From positions 352,001 to 416,000 of the forward strand of contig CAVUWA010000004.1 in assembly GCA_963744995.1 (NCBI GenBank): a stretch of 64,000 nt of DNA. Direction: 5' to 3'. The position numbers were made by a program, and so were the translations under genes. This document shows positions 38,746-48,614 of the stretch, piece by piece. Within the stretch, counting starts at the first letter, position 1. Each line of letters opens with the position of its first letter. Source of the DNA: Candidatus Eiseniibacteriota bacterium. GTDB taxonomy: Bacteria > Eisenbacteria > RBG-16-71-46. The notes beneath the pieces are model-generated. The model was not told the origin of the DNA. It ran no database searches and saw nothing but the letters and a program-made list of their open reading frames with translations.

Positions 38746-40002
38746 ATGAGCAGGGCGACGGATCGGGGGAAGGCGGCGAAAGCGGCTTCCGCAGCGGGCC
38801 GGTTGCGTCCGCTGGCCGAGATCATCCTCCGGTTGATCTGGAAGGAACGCGAGATTTCGCGCGCGGAGATCGCGCGGCGCGTGGAGGTGTCGCGCTCCAC
38901 CGTCTCGGAAATCGTCGGCGCGCTGCTGCCGAAGGGCTTCGTCGCCGAGGTCGGCACCGGCCCTTCGCGCGGCGGCCGGCGCCCGATCGTGCTGCGCTTC
39001 CAGGACGACGCCTGCTTCATTCTCGGCGTCGAAATGGGCGCGACGCACGTGGCGGTCGCACTGACCAACCTGCGCGGCCGGGTGATCGCCTGGCAGCATC
39101 GCGACCATCCGGTAAGGCGGGACCCGGACGGCACGCGCGAGCTGATCGGCACGCTGTGCGACGCCTGCCTCGCCGAAGGGCGGATCAGGTCACGGCGGCT
39201 GGTCGGCATCGGCGTCGCGGTCCCGAGTCCCGTGGATCCCGCCCATCCGGACCGGCTCTCGGAGCTGGTCCTCCCCGACTGGCACGGGCGACTCGGCCTC
39301 GAGGGGCTCGGCGCCCGCTACGGCGTACCGCTGTTCGTCGACAATGACGCCAACATGGGCGCGCTCGCCGAGCACTGGTGGGGCGCCGGGCGCGGCATCG
39401 ACGACTTCGCCTACATCAAGATCGCGACCGGGCTCGGCTCGGGGCACGTGATCGACGGCGAGATCTACCGCGGGGCAACGGGCGTCGCCGGTGAGATCGG
39501 CCATCTCGCGATGGACCCGCAAGGTGAGCTCTGCGTCTGCGGCCTGCGCGGCTGCCTCGCCACCATCGTCGGCGCCCCGGCGCTGGTGAAGCGCGCGGAG
39601 GCGCTGATGCAGGAACACCCCGGCAGCGTGCTGGCCGGTACGCTGCCGACGATCGCCAGCATCGAGGACGCCGCGCTCGCGGGCGATCCACTGGCGCTGC
39701 AGCTCACGCATGAGGCGGCGGACCATCTGGGCGTGGCGGTCGCCAGTCTTCTGAACCTGATGAATCCGTCCATGGTCATCCTCGGCGGCGGGCTCTCGCG
39801 ACTCGGCGAGCTGCTGCTCGAGCCGCTGCGCGAAACTGCGGCGCGCCGCACCCTGGTGAGCTCGCTCGCCGTGTCGGCGATCGTCGTCGGCGAGCTCGGC
39901 CCGCGCGGGATCGCGGTCGGCGCCTCGACCCTGGTGCTCAAGTCCGCGCTCGACGACTCGCGGCTGTTTCCGATGCCGCGGCAGCGCAGGGGCGCGGCCT
40001 GA
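38746..40002 (+). CDS. ROK-family transcriptional repressor (XylR/NagC-like)
   Basis: HTH SRAEIARR..VSRSTVS, GGRRP, DNDAN.GALAE, GEIGH, C.CG..GCL. Confidence 0.95.
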   Translation: MSRATDRGKAAKAASAAGRLRPLAEIILRLIWKEREISRAEIARRVEVSRSTVSEIVGALLPKGFVAEVGTGPSRGGRRPIVLRFQDDACFILGVEMGATHVAVALTNLRGRVIAWQHRDHPVRRDPDGTRELIGTLCDACLAEGRIRSRRLVGIGVAVPSPVDPAHPDRLSELVLPDWHGRLGLEGLGARYGVPLFVDNDANMGALAEHWWGAGRGIDDFAYIKIATGLGSGHVIDGEIYRGATGVAGEIGHLAMDPQGELCVCGLRGCLATIVGAPALVKRAEALMQEHPGSVLAGTLPTIASIEDAALAGDPLALQLTHEAADHLGVAVASLLNLMNPSMVILGGGLSRLGELLLEPLRETAARRTLVSSLAVSAIVVGELGPRGIAVGASTLVLKSALDDSRLFPMPRQRRGAA

Positions 40003-40847
40003 TGCGGCGCGCGGCGGGACGGATCCGGCTCGGCGCCGCCCTCGCCTCTCTGGTGCTGGCGGCCGTTCCGGCCGCGCTCGCGGGCTGCACGCGACCCTCC
40101 AGCCCGGTCGCCGCCGACTGGACCCTGATCTGGCAGGACGAATTCGACGGCGCGGCGGGCACCTCGCCCGACCACGCGCGCTGGGGCTACGACATCGGCA
40201 CCGACTGGGGCAACGCGCAGCTCGAATTCGACACCGCGCGACCCGTGAACGTCTCGCTCGACGGCGCCGGGAACCTGGCGATCACGGCGCGCGAGGAGTC
40301 GTATCAGAACCGCGACTACACCTCGGCGCGCATCAACACCAAGGACCGCTTCGCGCAGACCGAGGGCCGCTTCGAGGCGCGCATCCGCCTGCCGGTCGGC
40401 CGCGGCCTGTGGCCGGCGTTCTGGCTGCTCGGCGCCAACATCGCCACCACCCCGTGGCCGGACTGCGGCGAGATCGACATCATGGAGTACCGCGGGCAGG
40501 AGCCGAACGTGCTGCACGGCAGCCTGCACGGCCCCGGCTATTCGGGCGGGTCCGCGCTCACCAACCGCTACGTGCTGCCGGGCCCCGACGGGTTCGACCA
40601 GGACTTCCACGTCTTCGCGCTCGAGTGGACGAAGGATCGCATCACCTGGTTCGTGGACGGCACGCGCTATCTGACGATCGGACCGGGCGATCTGCCGCCG
40701 GGCGCGAACTGGGTGTTCGACCATCCGTTCTTCATCGTTCTCGATCTGGCGGTGGGCGGAAACTTCGTCGGCCCGCCGGACGCGGGGACCACGTTCCCGC
40801 AGACGATGCGCGTGGACTGGGTCCGGGTCTACGGCCGGCCCGGCTGA
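40002..40847 (+). CDS. GH16 laminarinase-type endo-beta-1,3-glucanase (lipoprotein)
   Basis: LAGC lipobox, WQDEF.G, YTSARI, WPAFWLLG, WP.CGEIDIME, VDWVRVY. Confidence 0.93.
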   Translation: MRRAAGRIRLGAALASLVLAAVPAALAGCTRPSSPVAADWTLIWQDEFDGAAGTSPDHARWGYDIGTDWGNAQLEFDTARPVNVSLDGAGNLAITAREESYQNRDYTSARINTKDRFAQTEGRFEARIRLPVGRGLWPAFWLLGANIATTPWPDCGEIDIMEYRGQEPNVLHGSLHGPGYSGGSALTNRYVLPGPDGFDQDFHVFALEWTKDRITWFVDGTRYLTIGPGDLPPGANWVFDHPFFIVLDLAVGGNFVGPPDAGTTFPQTMRVDWVRVYGRPG

Positions 40848-42511
40848 TGCGCCGTGCACTGCCGGTCCGGGCGCTGGCGGTCCTGCTCGCGACGCTGCTC
40901 GCGGGCGGCTGCGCGCGTCACCGTCCCCCCGCCGCGCCGGGCGTGCTGGTGGTGTCGCAGGAACAGCAGTCCTCATGGGTGCGCAACTTCAATCCGCTGA
41001 CCACCGCGACCTCCGCACGCTGGCCGACGCTGGCCGGGATCTACGAGCCGCTGTTCGTTTTCAACAGCGTGCGCACCGAGTACGTGCCGTGGCTGGCGCT
41101 CGAGCGCGAGTGGCGTGAGGGCAGCCGCGTCCTGCGCGTCACGACCCGCGACAGCGTGCTGTGGTCCGACGGCACGCCGTTCACGGCCCGCGACGTGGCG
41201 TTCACATTCGATCTGCTGCGCCGCTTCCGCGCACTCGACCGGCGCGGCGTCTGGGGTTTCCTCGACGGCGTGCGCGCCGTCGACGCGCATACGGTGGACT
41301 TCCATTTCCAGCGCGTGTTCATTCCCGGCTTCGACGAGATCGCCGCGCAGCAGATCGTGCCCGAGCACGCCTGGCAGGACGTCGCCGACCCGGTCGCCTA
41401 TGCGAACGAGAACCCCGTCGCGACCGGGCCGTTCACCGAGGTGCGCGTGTTCCGCAACCAGGTGTTCGAGATTGGCCGCAATCCGCACTACTGGCAGAAG
41501 GGGCGGCCCTACCTCGACGCGCTGCGCTTTCCCGCCTACCCGTCCAACGACCGCGCCAACCTCGCCCTGGTGTTCGACGAAGTGGACTGGGCCGGCAACT
41601 TCGTACCGGCCATCGACCGCGTCTACGTGTCGCGCCGGCCCGCGACGCACCACTACTGGTTTCCGCTCACCGGCAGCTCGATCTTCCTCTACGCGAACAC
41701 GACGCGGCCGCCGTTCGACGACGTGCGCGTGCGCAAGGCCATCAGCATGGCGATCGACCGCGACCTGCTGGTGGACGTCGCGCTCTACCGCTACTCGCGC
41801 CCCGCGGACGCCACCGCGCTCAGCGACGGATACGCGGCCTGGCACGACGACTCGATCGCCGCGAGCGGCGACTGGGTGAATCACGACCCGGACCGGGCGG
41901 CGCGGCTGCTGGACGACGCCGGCTACCGTGTGAACGCGGATGGCGTGCGCTGCATGAGCGACGGTACGCCGCTCCGCTACGAGATCCTGTGCGTCTCGGG
42001 CTGGTCGGACTGGGTGCGCGCCTCGCAGGTCATCGCCCGCGGACTCACCGCGATCGGCATCCAGGCCTCGGTCCGCACCAACGACTTCAGCGCGTGGTTC
42101 CAGCGCGTGCAGGAGGGGCAGTTCGACCTGAGCCTGGGCTGGTCGTTCGAGGGCCCGACCCCGTACCTGTTCTACCGCTGGCTGATGTCCTCGGCCACGG
42201 TCAAGCCGATCGGCGAGGCCGCGACCGGCAACTGGCAGCGCTACGGCAGTCCCGCGGCGGATTCGGCGTTCACCGCGTTCGAGCGCGAGCCCGATCCGGC
42301 CGCGCAGCACCGGATCGCGGACCGCATGCAGCAGATTTTCGTCGACGAGGCGCCGGCGATCCCGCTCTATCCGAACCCGTCATGGGCCGAGTACAACACC
42401 GGCCGCTTCACCGGTTTCCCGTCCGCCGAGGATCCGTACGCGGATCCTTCGCCCAACAAGTTCGACCGTGGCGAGTGTCTGCTGGTGCTCACGACGCTGC
42501 GGCCGAAATAG
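40847..42511 (+). CDS. ABC transporter substrate-binding protein (family 5, oligosaccharide-type)
   Basis: Lipobox AGGC, RNFNP, IYEPL, WSDG.PFTA.DV.FTF, TGPF, GWSDW. Confidence 0.92.
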   Translation: MRRALPVRALAVLLATLLAGGCARHRPPAAPGVLVVSQEQQSSWVRNFNPLTTATSARWPTLAGIYEPLFVFNSVRTEYVPWLALEREWREGSRVLRVTTRDSVLWSDGTPFTARDVAFTFDLLRRFRALDRRGVWGFLDGVRAVDAHTVDFHFQRVFIPGFDEIAAQQIVPEHAWQDVADPVAYANENPVATGPFTEVRVFRNQVFEIGRNPHYWQKGRPYLDALRFPAYPSNDRANLALVFDEVDWAGNFVPAIDRVYVSRRPATHHYWFPLTGSSIFLYANTTRPPFDDVRVRKAISMAIDRDLLVDVALYRYSRPADATALSDGYAAWHDDSIAASGDWVNHDPDRAARLLDDAGYRVNADGVRCMSDGTPLRYEILCVSGWSDWVRASQVIARGLTAIGIQASVRTNDFSAWFQRVQEGQFDLSLGWSFEGPTPYLFYRWLMSSATVKPIGEAATGNWQRYGSPAADSAFTAFEREPDPAAQHRIADRMQQIFVDEAPAIPLYPNPSWAEYNTGRFTGFPSAEDPYADPSPNKFDRGECLLVLTTLRPK

Positions 42512-42520
42512 GAGGCGACC

Positions 42521-43504
42521 GTGCGCTTCATCCTCAGGCGCCTGGGTTTCTACCTGCTCGCGGGGTGGGCGGCGCTGACGCTCAACTTCTTCCTGCCGCG
42601 GCTGATGCCCGGAGATCCCGCGACCGCGCTGTTCGCACGCTTCCGCGGCCGGCTGGCGCCGGAGGCGATGGACGCGCTGCGCGAGACGTTCGGCCTCACC
42701 CAGGCGCCGCTCTGGAAGCAGTATCTGACGTACCTGTCGCACGTGTTGCGCGGCGACCTCGGCGTGTCGGTCGCCTACTTCCCCGCGCCGGTGTCGCAGG
42801 TGATCGCCACCGGACTGGTGTGGACCCTGTTCCTCGCCGGTACCGCCGTGGTGATCAGCTTCGCGATCGGCACGCTGCTCGGCATCGTCTCGGCGTGGCG
42901 GCGGCGCGGCTGGGTCGACACCTGGCTGCCGTCCACGCTGGTGTTCCTGGGCGCGTTCCCCTACTTCTGGCTGGCGATGGTCGCCCTGTACGTGCTCGGT
43001 TTCGCGCTGGGCTGGTTCCCGCTCGGCCACGCGTACGGCGACGACCTCACTCCCGGCTTCACGTTCGAGTTCATCGCCGACGTGTTCCGCCACGCCGCGC
43101 TGCCGGTGGGCACGGTGGTGATCGCGACGCTCGGCGGCTGGCTGCTGACCATGCGCAACAGCATGATCTCGATCCTCGGCTCCGACTTCGTCAACCTCGC
43201 GCGCGCCAAGGGGCTGACGCCGCGTCGCGTGGTGATGCGTTACGCCGCGCGCAACGCGCTGCTGCCGAGCGTGACCGGCTTCGGCATGGCGCTCGGCTTC
43301 GTGCTCGGCGGCTCGCTGCTGACCGAGATCGTGTTCTCCTACCCCGGACAGGGCTACCTGCTGGTGCAGGCGGTCCGCAATCAGGACTACGCGCTCATGC
43401 AGGGCATCTTTCTGGTGATCACGCTCGCGGTGCTCGGCGCCAACTGGCTGGTGGACCTGGTCTACCTGTGGCTCGACCCCCGCACCCGGGGGCCGGCATC
43501 ATGA
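42521..43504 (+). CDS. ABC transporter permease (OppB/DppB-like)
   Basis: LPRLMPGDP, ARAKGL, RNALLP, E.VFSYPG.G. Confidence 0.94.
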   Translation: MRFILRRLGFYLLAGWAALTLNFFLPRLMPGDPATALFARFRGRLAPEAMDALRETFGLTQAPLWKQYLTYLSHVLRGDLGVSVAYFPAPVSQVIATGLVWTLFLAGTAVVISFAIGTLLGIVSAWRRRGWVDTWLPSTLVFLGAFPYFWLAMVALYVLGFALGWFPLGHAYGDDLTPGFTFEFIADVFRHAALPVGTVVIATLGGWLLTMRNSMISILGSDFVNLARAKGLTPRRVVMRYAARNALLPSVTGFGMALGFVLGGSLLTEIVFSYPGQGYLLVQAVRNQDYALMQGIFLVITLAVLGANWLVDLVYLWLDPRTRGPAS

Positions 43505-44442
43505 GCGGCGCCGCGGCGGTGCACGCGGGCGGGCTCAGCGGCTGGATCGAGGCGATCCGCCGCGACCGCAAGGCCGCGCTCGGCGCGTCGATCCTCGCGG
43601 TGTTCGTGCTGATGGCGGTCGTGGGTCCGCTGTTCGTCGGCGACCCGGATGCACTGGTCGGCGTCCCGCTGCAGCCGCCCTCGCTCGCGCACTGGCTCGG
43701 CACCACCGGCCAGGGCCAGGACGTGTTCGCGCAGATGGTGGTCGGCACCCGCACCTCGCTCGCGATCGGGCTCGCCGTGGGCGTGATGGTGGTGCTGGTC
43801 GGCGCGCTGATCGGCATCGCCGCCGGCTACTTCGGCGGCCGCATCGACGGGCTGCTGTCGCTCCTGTTCAACGTCTTCCTGGTGATTCCGGGGCTGCCGC
43901 TGGCAATCATCATCGCCGCCTACCTCCCGTCCGGTCCGCTCACCCTCGCGTTCGTGCTGACCGTCACCGGCTGGGCCTGGAACGCGCGGGTCATGCGCTC
44001 GCAGACGCTGGCGCAACGACAGCGCGACTTCGTGTCGGCAGCGATCGTGGCCGGTGAGTCGAACCTGCGCATCATCGCCCGCGAGATCCTGCCGACCATG
44101 ACGTCGCTGCTGGTGGCGCAGGTGATCGGCAGCACCGTCTATGCGATCGGCGCGCAGGTCGGGCTCGAATTCCTCGGGCTTGGCGACGTGTCCACGGTGA
44201 CCTGGGGCACGAACCTCTACTGGGCCCAGAACGATTCGGCGCTGCTCACCGGCGCGTGGTGGACGTTCGCGCCGACCGGACTCTGCGTCGCGCTGGTCGG
44301 CTTCGCCCTGACGATGCTCAACTCCGGCTTCGACGAGATCACGAATCCGCGCCTGCAGCTGGAGCGCGCATGGCGCGCGCACCTCGAAGCGCGCGGTGAG
44401 GCGCCGGGGCGTTCGACGCCGGTGGTGATCGACCGTGGCTGA
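43501..44442 (+). CDS. ABC transporter permease (OppC/DppC-like)
   Basis: PPS..HWLGT...GQDVF, G.R.SL.IG, FLGLGD. Confidence 0.93.
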   Translation: MSGAAAVHAGGLSGWIEAIRRDRKAALGASILAVFVLMAVVGPLFVGDPDALVGVPLQPPSLAHWLGTTGQGQDVFAQMVVGTRTSLAIGLAVGVMVVLVGALIGIAAGYFGGRIDGLLSLLFNVFLVIPGLPLAIIIAAYLPSGPLTLAFVLTVTGWAWNARVMRSQTLAQRQRDFVSAAIVAGESNLRIIAREILPTMTSLLVAQVIGSTVYAIGAQVGLEFLGLGDVSTVTWGTNLYWAQNDSALLTGAWWTFAPTGLCVALVGFALTMLNSGFDEITNPRLQLERAWRAHLEARGEAPGRSTPVVIDRG

Positions 44443-45418
44443 CGCCCTGCTCTCGATCCGCGACCTCTGCGTGGACTACGTCACCGACCGCGGGCCGGTG
44501 CGCGCCATCGACCATGTTTCGCTCGAGGTGGCGCCCGGCGAAACGGTCGGCATCGCCGGTGAATCCGGCAGCGGCAAGTCGACGCTCGCGCAGGCGCTCA
44601 TGCGGATCCTGCCGCCGCCCGCGGTGATCGCCGGCGGCAGCGTGACGTTCGAGGGCCGCGACGTGCTGGCGCTCGACGAGGCGGAGCTCAGGCGGATGCG
44701 CTGGAGCCGCATGGCCATGGTGTTCCAGAGCGCGATGGATGCGCTGAATCCGGTAATCACGGTCGGCGAGCAGATCGCCGACACGCTGGCGGCACACGAT
44801 GCACCGCGGCAGGGCCGCGCGCGCGCCGCCGAGCTGCTGGAGATGGTCGGGCTTGCACCGGACCGCGTCGACGCCTACGCCCACCAGCTCTCGGGCGGGA
44901 TGCGCCAGCGGGTCGGCATCGCGCTGGCCCTCGCGCTCGATCCTGCGCTGGTGATCCTCGACGAGCCGACGACGGCGCTCGACGTCATCGTCGAACGCGA
45001 CATCCTCGCCCAGATCCGCGGCCTGCAGGAACGGCAGGGCTTCGCCGTGCTGTTCATCACGCACGATCTCGGCCGCATGCTGCAGTTCTCCGACCGGGTG
45101 GCGGTATTCTACGCGGGCCAGGTGGCCGAGGCGGGCCCGGCGGCGGAACTGCGTGAGCGCCCGCGACATCCCTACACGCAGGGCCTGATCCACGCCTTCC
45201 CCACCGTACACGGCGATCCGCGCGCGGCGGCGAGCATCCCCGGCGCGCCGCCGAGCCTGGTCCACCCGCCTGCCGGCTGCCGGTTCCACCCGCGCTGCCC
45301 GCACGTGATGGACGTGTGCCGGACGCGCGAGCCACAGCCGATCGTGATCGGCCCGGGCCACGCCGCGGCATGCCACCTGCTGGACCCGGCCGCGGCCGGG
45401 AGCGCGCGCCGCGTTTGA
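44435..45418 (+). CDS. ABC transporter ATP-binding protein (OppD-like)
   Basis: GESGSGKS, LSGGMRQR, DEPTTALD, HPYT, GCRFHPRC. Confidence 0.95.
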   Translation: MADALLSIRDLCVDYVTDRGPVRAIDHVSLEVAPGETVGIAGESGSGKSTLAQALMRILPPPAVIAGGSVTFEGRDVLALDEAELRRMRWSRMAMVFQSAMDALNPVITVGEQIADTLAAHDAPRQGRARAAELLEMVGLAPDRVDAYAHQLSGGMRQRVGIALALALDPALVILDEPTTALDVIVERDILAQIRGLQERQGFAVLFITHDLGRMLQFSDRVAVFYAGQVAEAGPAAELRERPRHPYTQGLIHAFPTVHGDPRAAASIPGAPPSLVHPPAGCRFHPRCPHVMDVCRTREPQPIVIGPGHAAACHLLDPAAAGSARRV

Positions 45419-45449
45419 CCGCGCCGCGCGCCCGCGCCGCGGCGGACGG

Positions 45450-48400
45450 CTACATCGCGAAATGCAGGTAGGTGCGGATCTCCCACTCGCTGCCGTTCGG
45501 ACCCGGCAGCGTCGGATCGGGAACCAGCGAACCGCCGGGGCCCATCACGAATCCGGGTGCGTAACGCGGCGAGTACTGGTCGAGCGAGCGCCACATGCCA
45601 CGCACCCCGAAGCGGGTCTGCGGGAAGCCGAACCAGCGCGGTGAGCCGAGCGTGCGCGAGACGTCCGCCGTGAGCTGCACCGGGAAGGTCAGGTTGAAGT
45701 CGCGGTGGTAGTCGTAGGGCCCGAAATCGTTGAAGTGCGCCGAGGCCAGCAGGCGGTACGCCTGCCAGGCCACGGTGCCGTCCACGCCGTAATGTTCGAC
45801 CAGGCGATCGTCTTCGGAGTTAGGTTGTGCCGTGCCGCCGAAGAAGGTCGAGACGATGCGCAGATCCGGATTCACCTTGGACACCACGCGGCCGTGGATC
45901 TCCCAGAGGTCCCGCGCGGGCGGCCCGCCGGGGAACGCGAACGGCGTGCCGTCGGCGAGGATGCCGATCGAGGCGTCACGCGTGGTCGGCATGTGGCGGA
46001 ACACGAAACCGAGACTGGCCGCCAGCCGCGCGTCTTCACGGACGTCGTTGTCCCACGCCCACATCCACGTCGCCGGCGTCGGATCCCAGGTGAACAGCAG
46101 CTCGGCACTGGTCTGCTCCCGGTTGCCGAGCACCGCGAACGGATCGTTGAGAATGTCGCGCGGCCGGCCGGGCGGCGGGGTGTCGGCGGGCACCGGCCCG
46201 ACGATCGGCTTCTGGTAGAGGAAGTTCGGCGCGATCTGCAGATTCCCGACGTTCACCGCCACGCCGGCCAGGACGTTGGATTGATTGCCCGAGCCCGAGT
46301 CCTTGAGGTTCCAGCCGGTGTAGGTCGTGGTCGCGGTCGGGCCGCCGTTGGCGACCAGTCCCATGACCGCGCCCTGGGTGTACCAGAGCCAGCGCCCGAA
46401 CCCGCCGGAGAGCTTCGCCTTCGCGCCGAAGGTGTCGCCGGTCCTGACGAAGTCCCGGAGGATCCGGTACGAGCCGTCGGCGTTGCGGTCCGCGAGCTGG
46501 AACGACTGGTCCACCTTGTTGTTGCCGGACCAGATGCCGCCGATCTCATAGGCGACCGGCCCGTAGTTCGAGGCGATGTCCACTGTCGCGGTCTGCGTGG
46601 GCGGCACCGGGATCGCGTTCGAGCTGGTGACGTTCGACTGTGCCGTCAGGTCCTTCTGGTAGACGCCGGTCGTGGTGAAGCGGCCGAGCTGCTTCCGGTA
46701 CTTGACCAGGAACGCCGGATTCGCGCCCCACCAGAGCTGCGGGCCGAAGGCGAACTTGAGTCCGTCCAGCCGCTGTTTGCCGGTGAGCTCGACACCGACC
46801 GGCGCGTCGCCGTTGTAGATGTCGATGTTGTCGCCGTAGAACGCCTCGCGATAGAGGCCGAAGAAGTCGCCCTCGTAGCCCCAGTGCGTATGGCCGACGC
46901 GGTAGAAACCGTTGAGGTCGAACTGCGGGTCGTTCCAGGTCACCGAGGAGCTGTAGACCTTGACGCGCTCGATGCCCTGCAGGGCGATGTCACCGTCGGG
47001 CGTGGTCACCGTTCGCGTGCGCCCGCGGTTCTCGTAGAAGATCTCGTCGATCGGATTGCGCGGGACGTTGCCGAGCACGTTGAGCGAGAGCGTGCCGCGC
47101 ACGTTCGGCGCCGGCGTCGCTTCGAAGTCGGCGTAATAGGATTCCTTGCGGTCGAAGCCGAGGAACGACGGATACCCCTCCTGCGGCGCGGAGTCGTCGG
47201 GCGTGCTGATACGCTTGCCGCCGGTGCTGTACGTCTCGAACTCCAGCCGCAGGCCCGAGAGCCGCGCGCGTCCGAGCGCATCCACCGCAAGCGCCGCGCG
47301 GTCGCCGCGCGCCTCGAGCTCGGAGGACAGCGGGTGCACGTCCGCGAACCAGTCCTGAATGGTCTGGAGCGTCGTGCCCGGCGCGTAGGGATCGAGCCGG
47401 AAGGCGCGGCGCAGGGCGTAGAAGGCGGCGCGCGGATAGAGCTGGTAGAGGCCCTCGTCGTCGGGGCGGCCCTTGGCGCAGATCCCCCACCACTCCTCGT
47501 TCATGTTGTTCTGCCCCTCGACGTAGTCGCTGTAGCCGCCGTTCGGCCACGACGCATTCGTGTCGTGCACGTCGAGGTTCACGTCCTGACGATACTTCCA
47601 CCAGCCGTCGCTCCACTGGAAGATGCAGCCGCCGATGGCGTTTCCGGCGCGGCCCTTGCCGGCGGTCTGTTCGTAGATCTCCTCCCACTGGCCGACCAGG
47701 TAACGCGCCTGCGCGCGCTGGTCCTCGCGCATCTCCCGGGCGTTCCAGGCGTCGGCGCCGAACTCGGTGAACATCACCGGCACGCCGAGCTTCGTCTTGA
47801 CGACGTCGAAGAGGTCCCGCGCGGAGACGCCGCGGTAGACGTTCGTGCCGAAGACGTCCATGTTCTTGCATTCCTCGGCGATCAGGTCGATGTACTGCAC
47901 GTCGCCGTTGCAGATGCCGACCGGGCGATCCGGGTCGTGCGCCTTCACGGCGTCGATGATCTCGCCGAACAGCGAGTACAGGTAGCGGGCCCGCGCGGCG
48001 TCGCGCTCGCCCTTCGGCAGCGCCTCGATCTCGAACGAGCTCCACGACAGGCCGTAGTTGTTCTCGTTGCCGAGCAGCCACATCAGCACGCCGGGCACGC
48101 CCCTGAACTGGTCGACCAGCGCCACGATCTCGCTCTTGACGGCGGCGCGCAGACGCGGGTTCGAATAGTCGACGGTGGGCATCCACACGCCGTCGAGCGT
48201 GTAACCGTAGCGTGCCATCGGGTGGTTGATGATCGTGTAGATTCCGTAGGTCTCGTAGATGTACCTGACCCAGCGCGGCGGGATGCCGGCATACACGCGA
48301 ATGGCGTTCACGCCCATGTCCTCGAGGAGCGGCATCTCGTTGGCGAGCGCATCGCGGATGAACGCGTCCGGCTGGCTCCAGAGGTCGAACTGGTAGTTCT

Positions 48401-48614
48401 GTCCGATCGGGATGTAGTCCCAGTTCATGCCGCGCACGAGGAACGGCCGGCCCTGAACTTCGAGCGTGAGACCGCCCGGTTCGGGCAGCACGCGCACGGG
48501 CGCGGGCGCGTCGTCCGCCGTCGCCGTGGCGCAGGCCAGCAGCATGGCGAGGGCGGCCGTGGTCAGCGCGGCGCACCGCGGGCGCCGGGTCGGAATCGCC
48601 GAAAACCGGTTCAT
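45450..48614 (-). CDS. Clan GH-A TIM-barrel glycosidase (GH158/GH2-like) fused to a predicted outer-membrane beta-barrel
   Basis: Signal peptide; GVNAIRVY, LLGNENNY, FTEFG, NEEWWG; C-terminal half of amphipathic strands ending WEIRTYLHFAM. Confidence 0.8.
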   Translation of the reverse strand: MNRFSAIPTRRPRCAALTTAALAMLLACATATADDAPAPVRVLPEPGGLTLEVQGRPFLVRGMNWDYIPIGQNYQFDLWSQPDAFIRDALANEMPLLEDMGVNAIRVYAGIPPRWVRYIYETYGIYTIINHPMARYGYTLDGVWMPTVDYSNPRLRAAVKSEIVALVDQFRGVPGVLMWLLGNENNYGLSWSSFEIEALPKGERDAARARYLYSLFGEIIDAVKAHDPDRPVGICNGDVQYIDLIAEECKNMDVFGTNVYRGVSARDLFDVVKTKLGVPVMFTEFGADAWNAREMREDQRAQARYLVGQWEEIYEQTAGKGRAGNAIGGCIFQWSDGWWKYRQDVNLDVHDTNASWPNGGYSDYVEGQNNMNEEWWGICAKGRPDDEGLYQLYPRAAFYALRRAFRLDPYAPGTTLQTIQDWFADVHPLSSELEARGDRAALAVDALGRARLSGLRLEFETYSTGGKRISTPDDSAPQEGYPSFLGFDRKESYYADFEATPAPNVRGTLSLNVLGNVPRNPIDEIFYENRGRTRTVTTPDGDIALQGIERVKVYSSSVTWNDPQFDLNGFYRVGHTHWGYEGDFFGLYREAFYGDNIDIYNGDAPVGVELTGKQRLDGLKFAFGPQLWWGANPAFLVKYRKQLGRFTTTGVYQKDLTAQSNVTSSNAIPVPPTQTATVDIASNYGPVAYEIGGIWSGNNKVDQSFQLADRNADGSYRILRDFVRTGDTFGAKAKLSGGFGRWLWYTQGAVMGLVANGGPTATTTYTGWNLKDSGSGNQSNVLAGVAVNVGNLQIAPNFLYQKPIVGPVPADTPPPGRPRDILNDPFAVLGNREQTSAELLFTWDPTPATWMWAWDNDVREDARLAASLGFVFRHMPTTRDASIGILADGTPFAFPGGPPARDLWEIHGRVVSKVNPDLRIVSTFFGGTAQPNSEDDRLVEHYGVDGTVAWQAYRLLASAHFNDFGPYDYHRDFNLTFPVQLTADVSRTLGSPRWFGFPQTRFGVRGMWRSLDQYSPRYAPGFVMGPGGSLVPDPTLPGPNGSEWEIRTYLHFAM

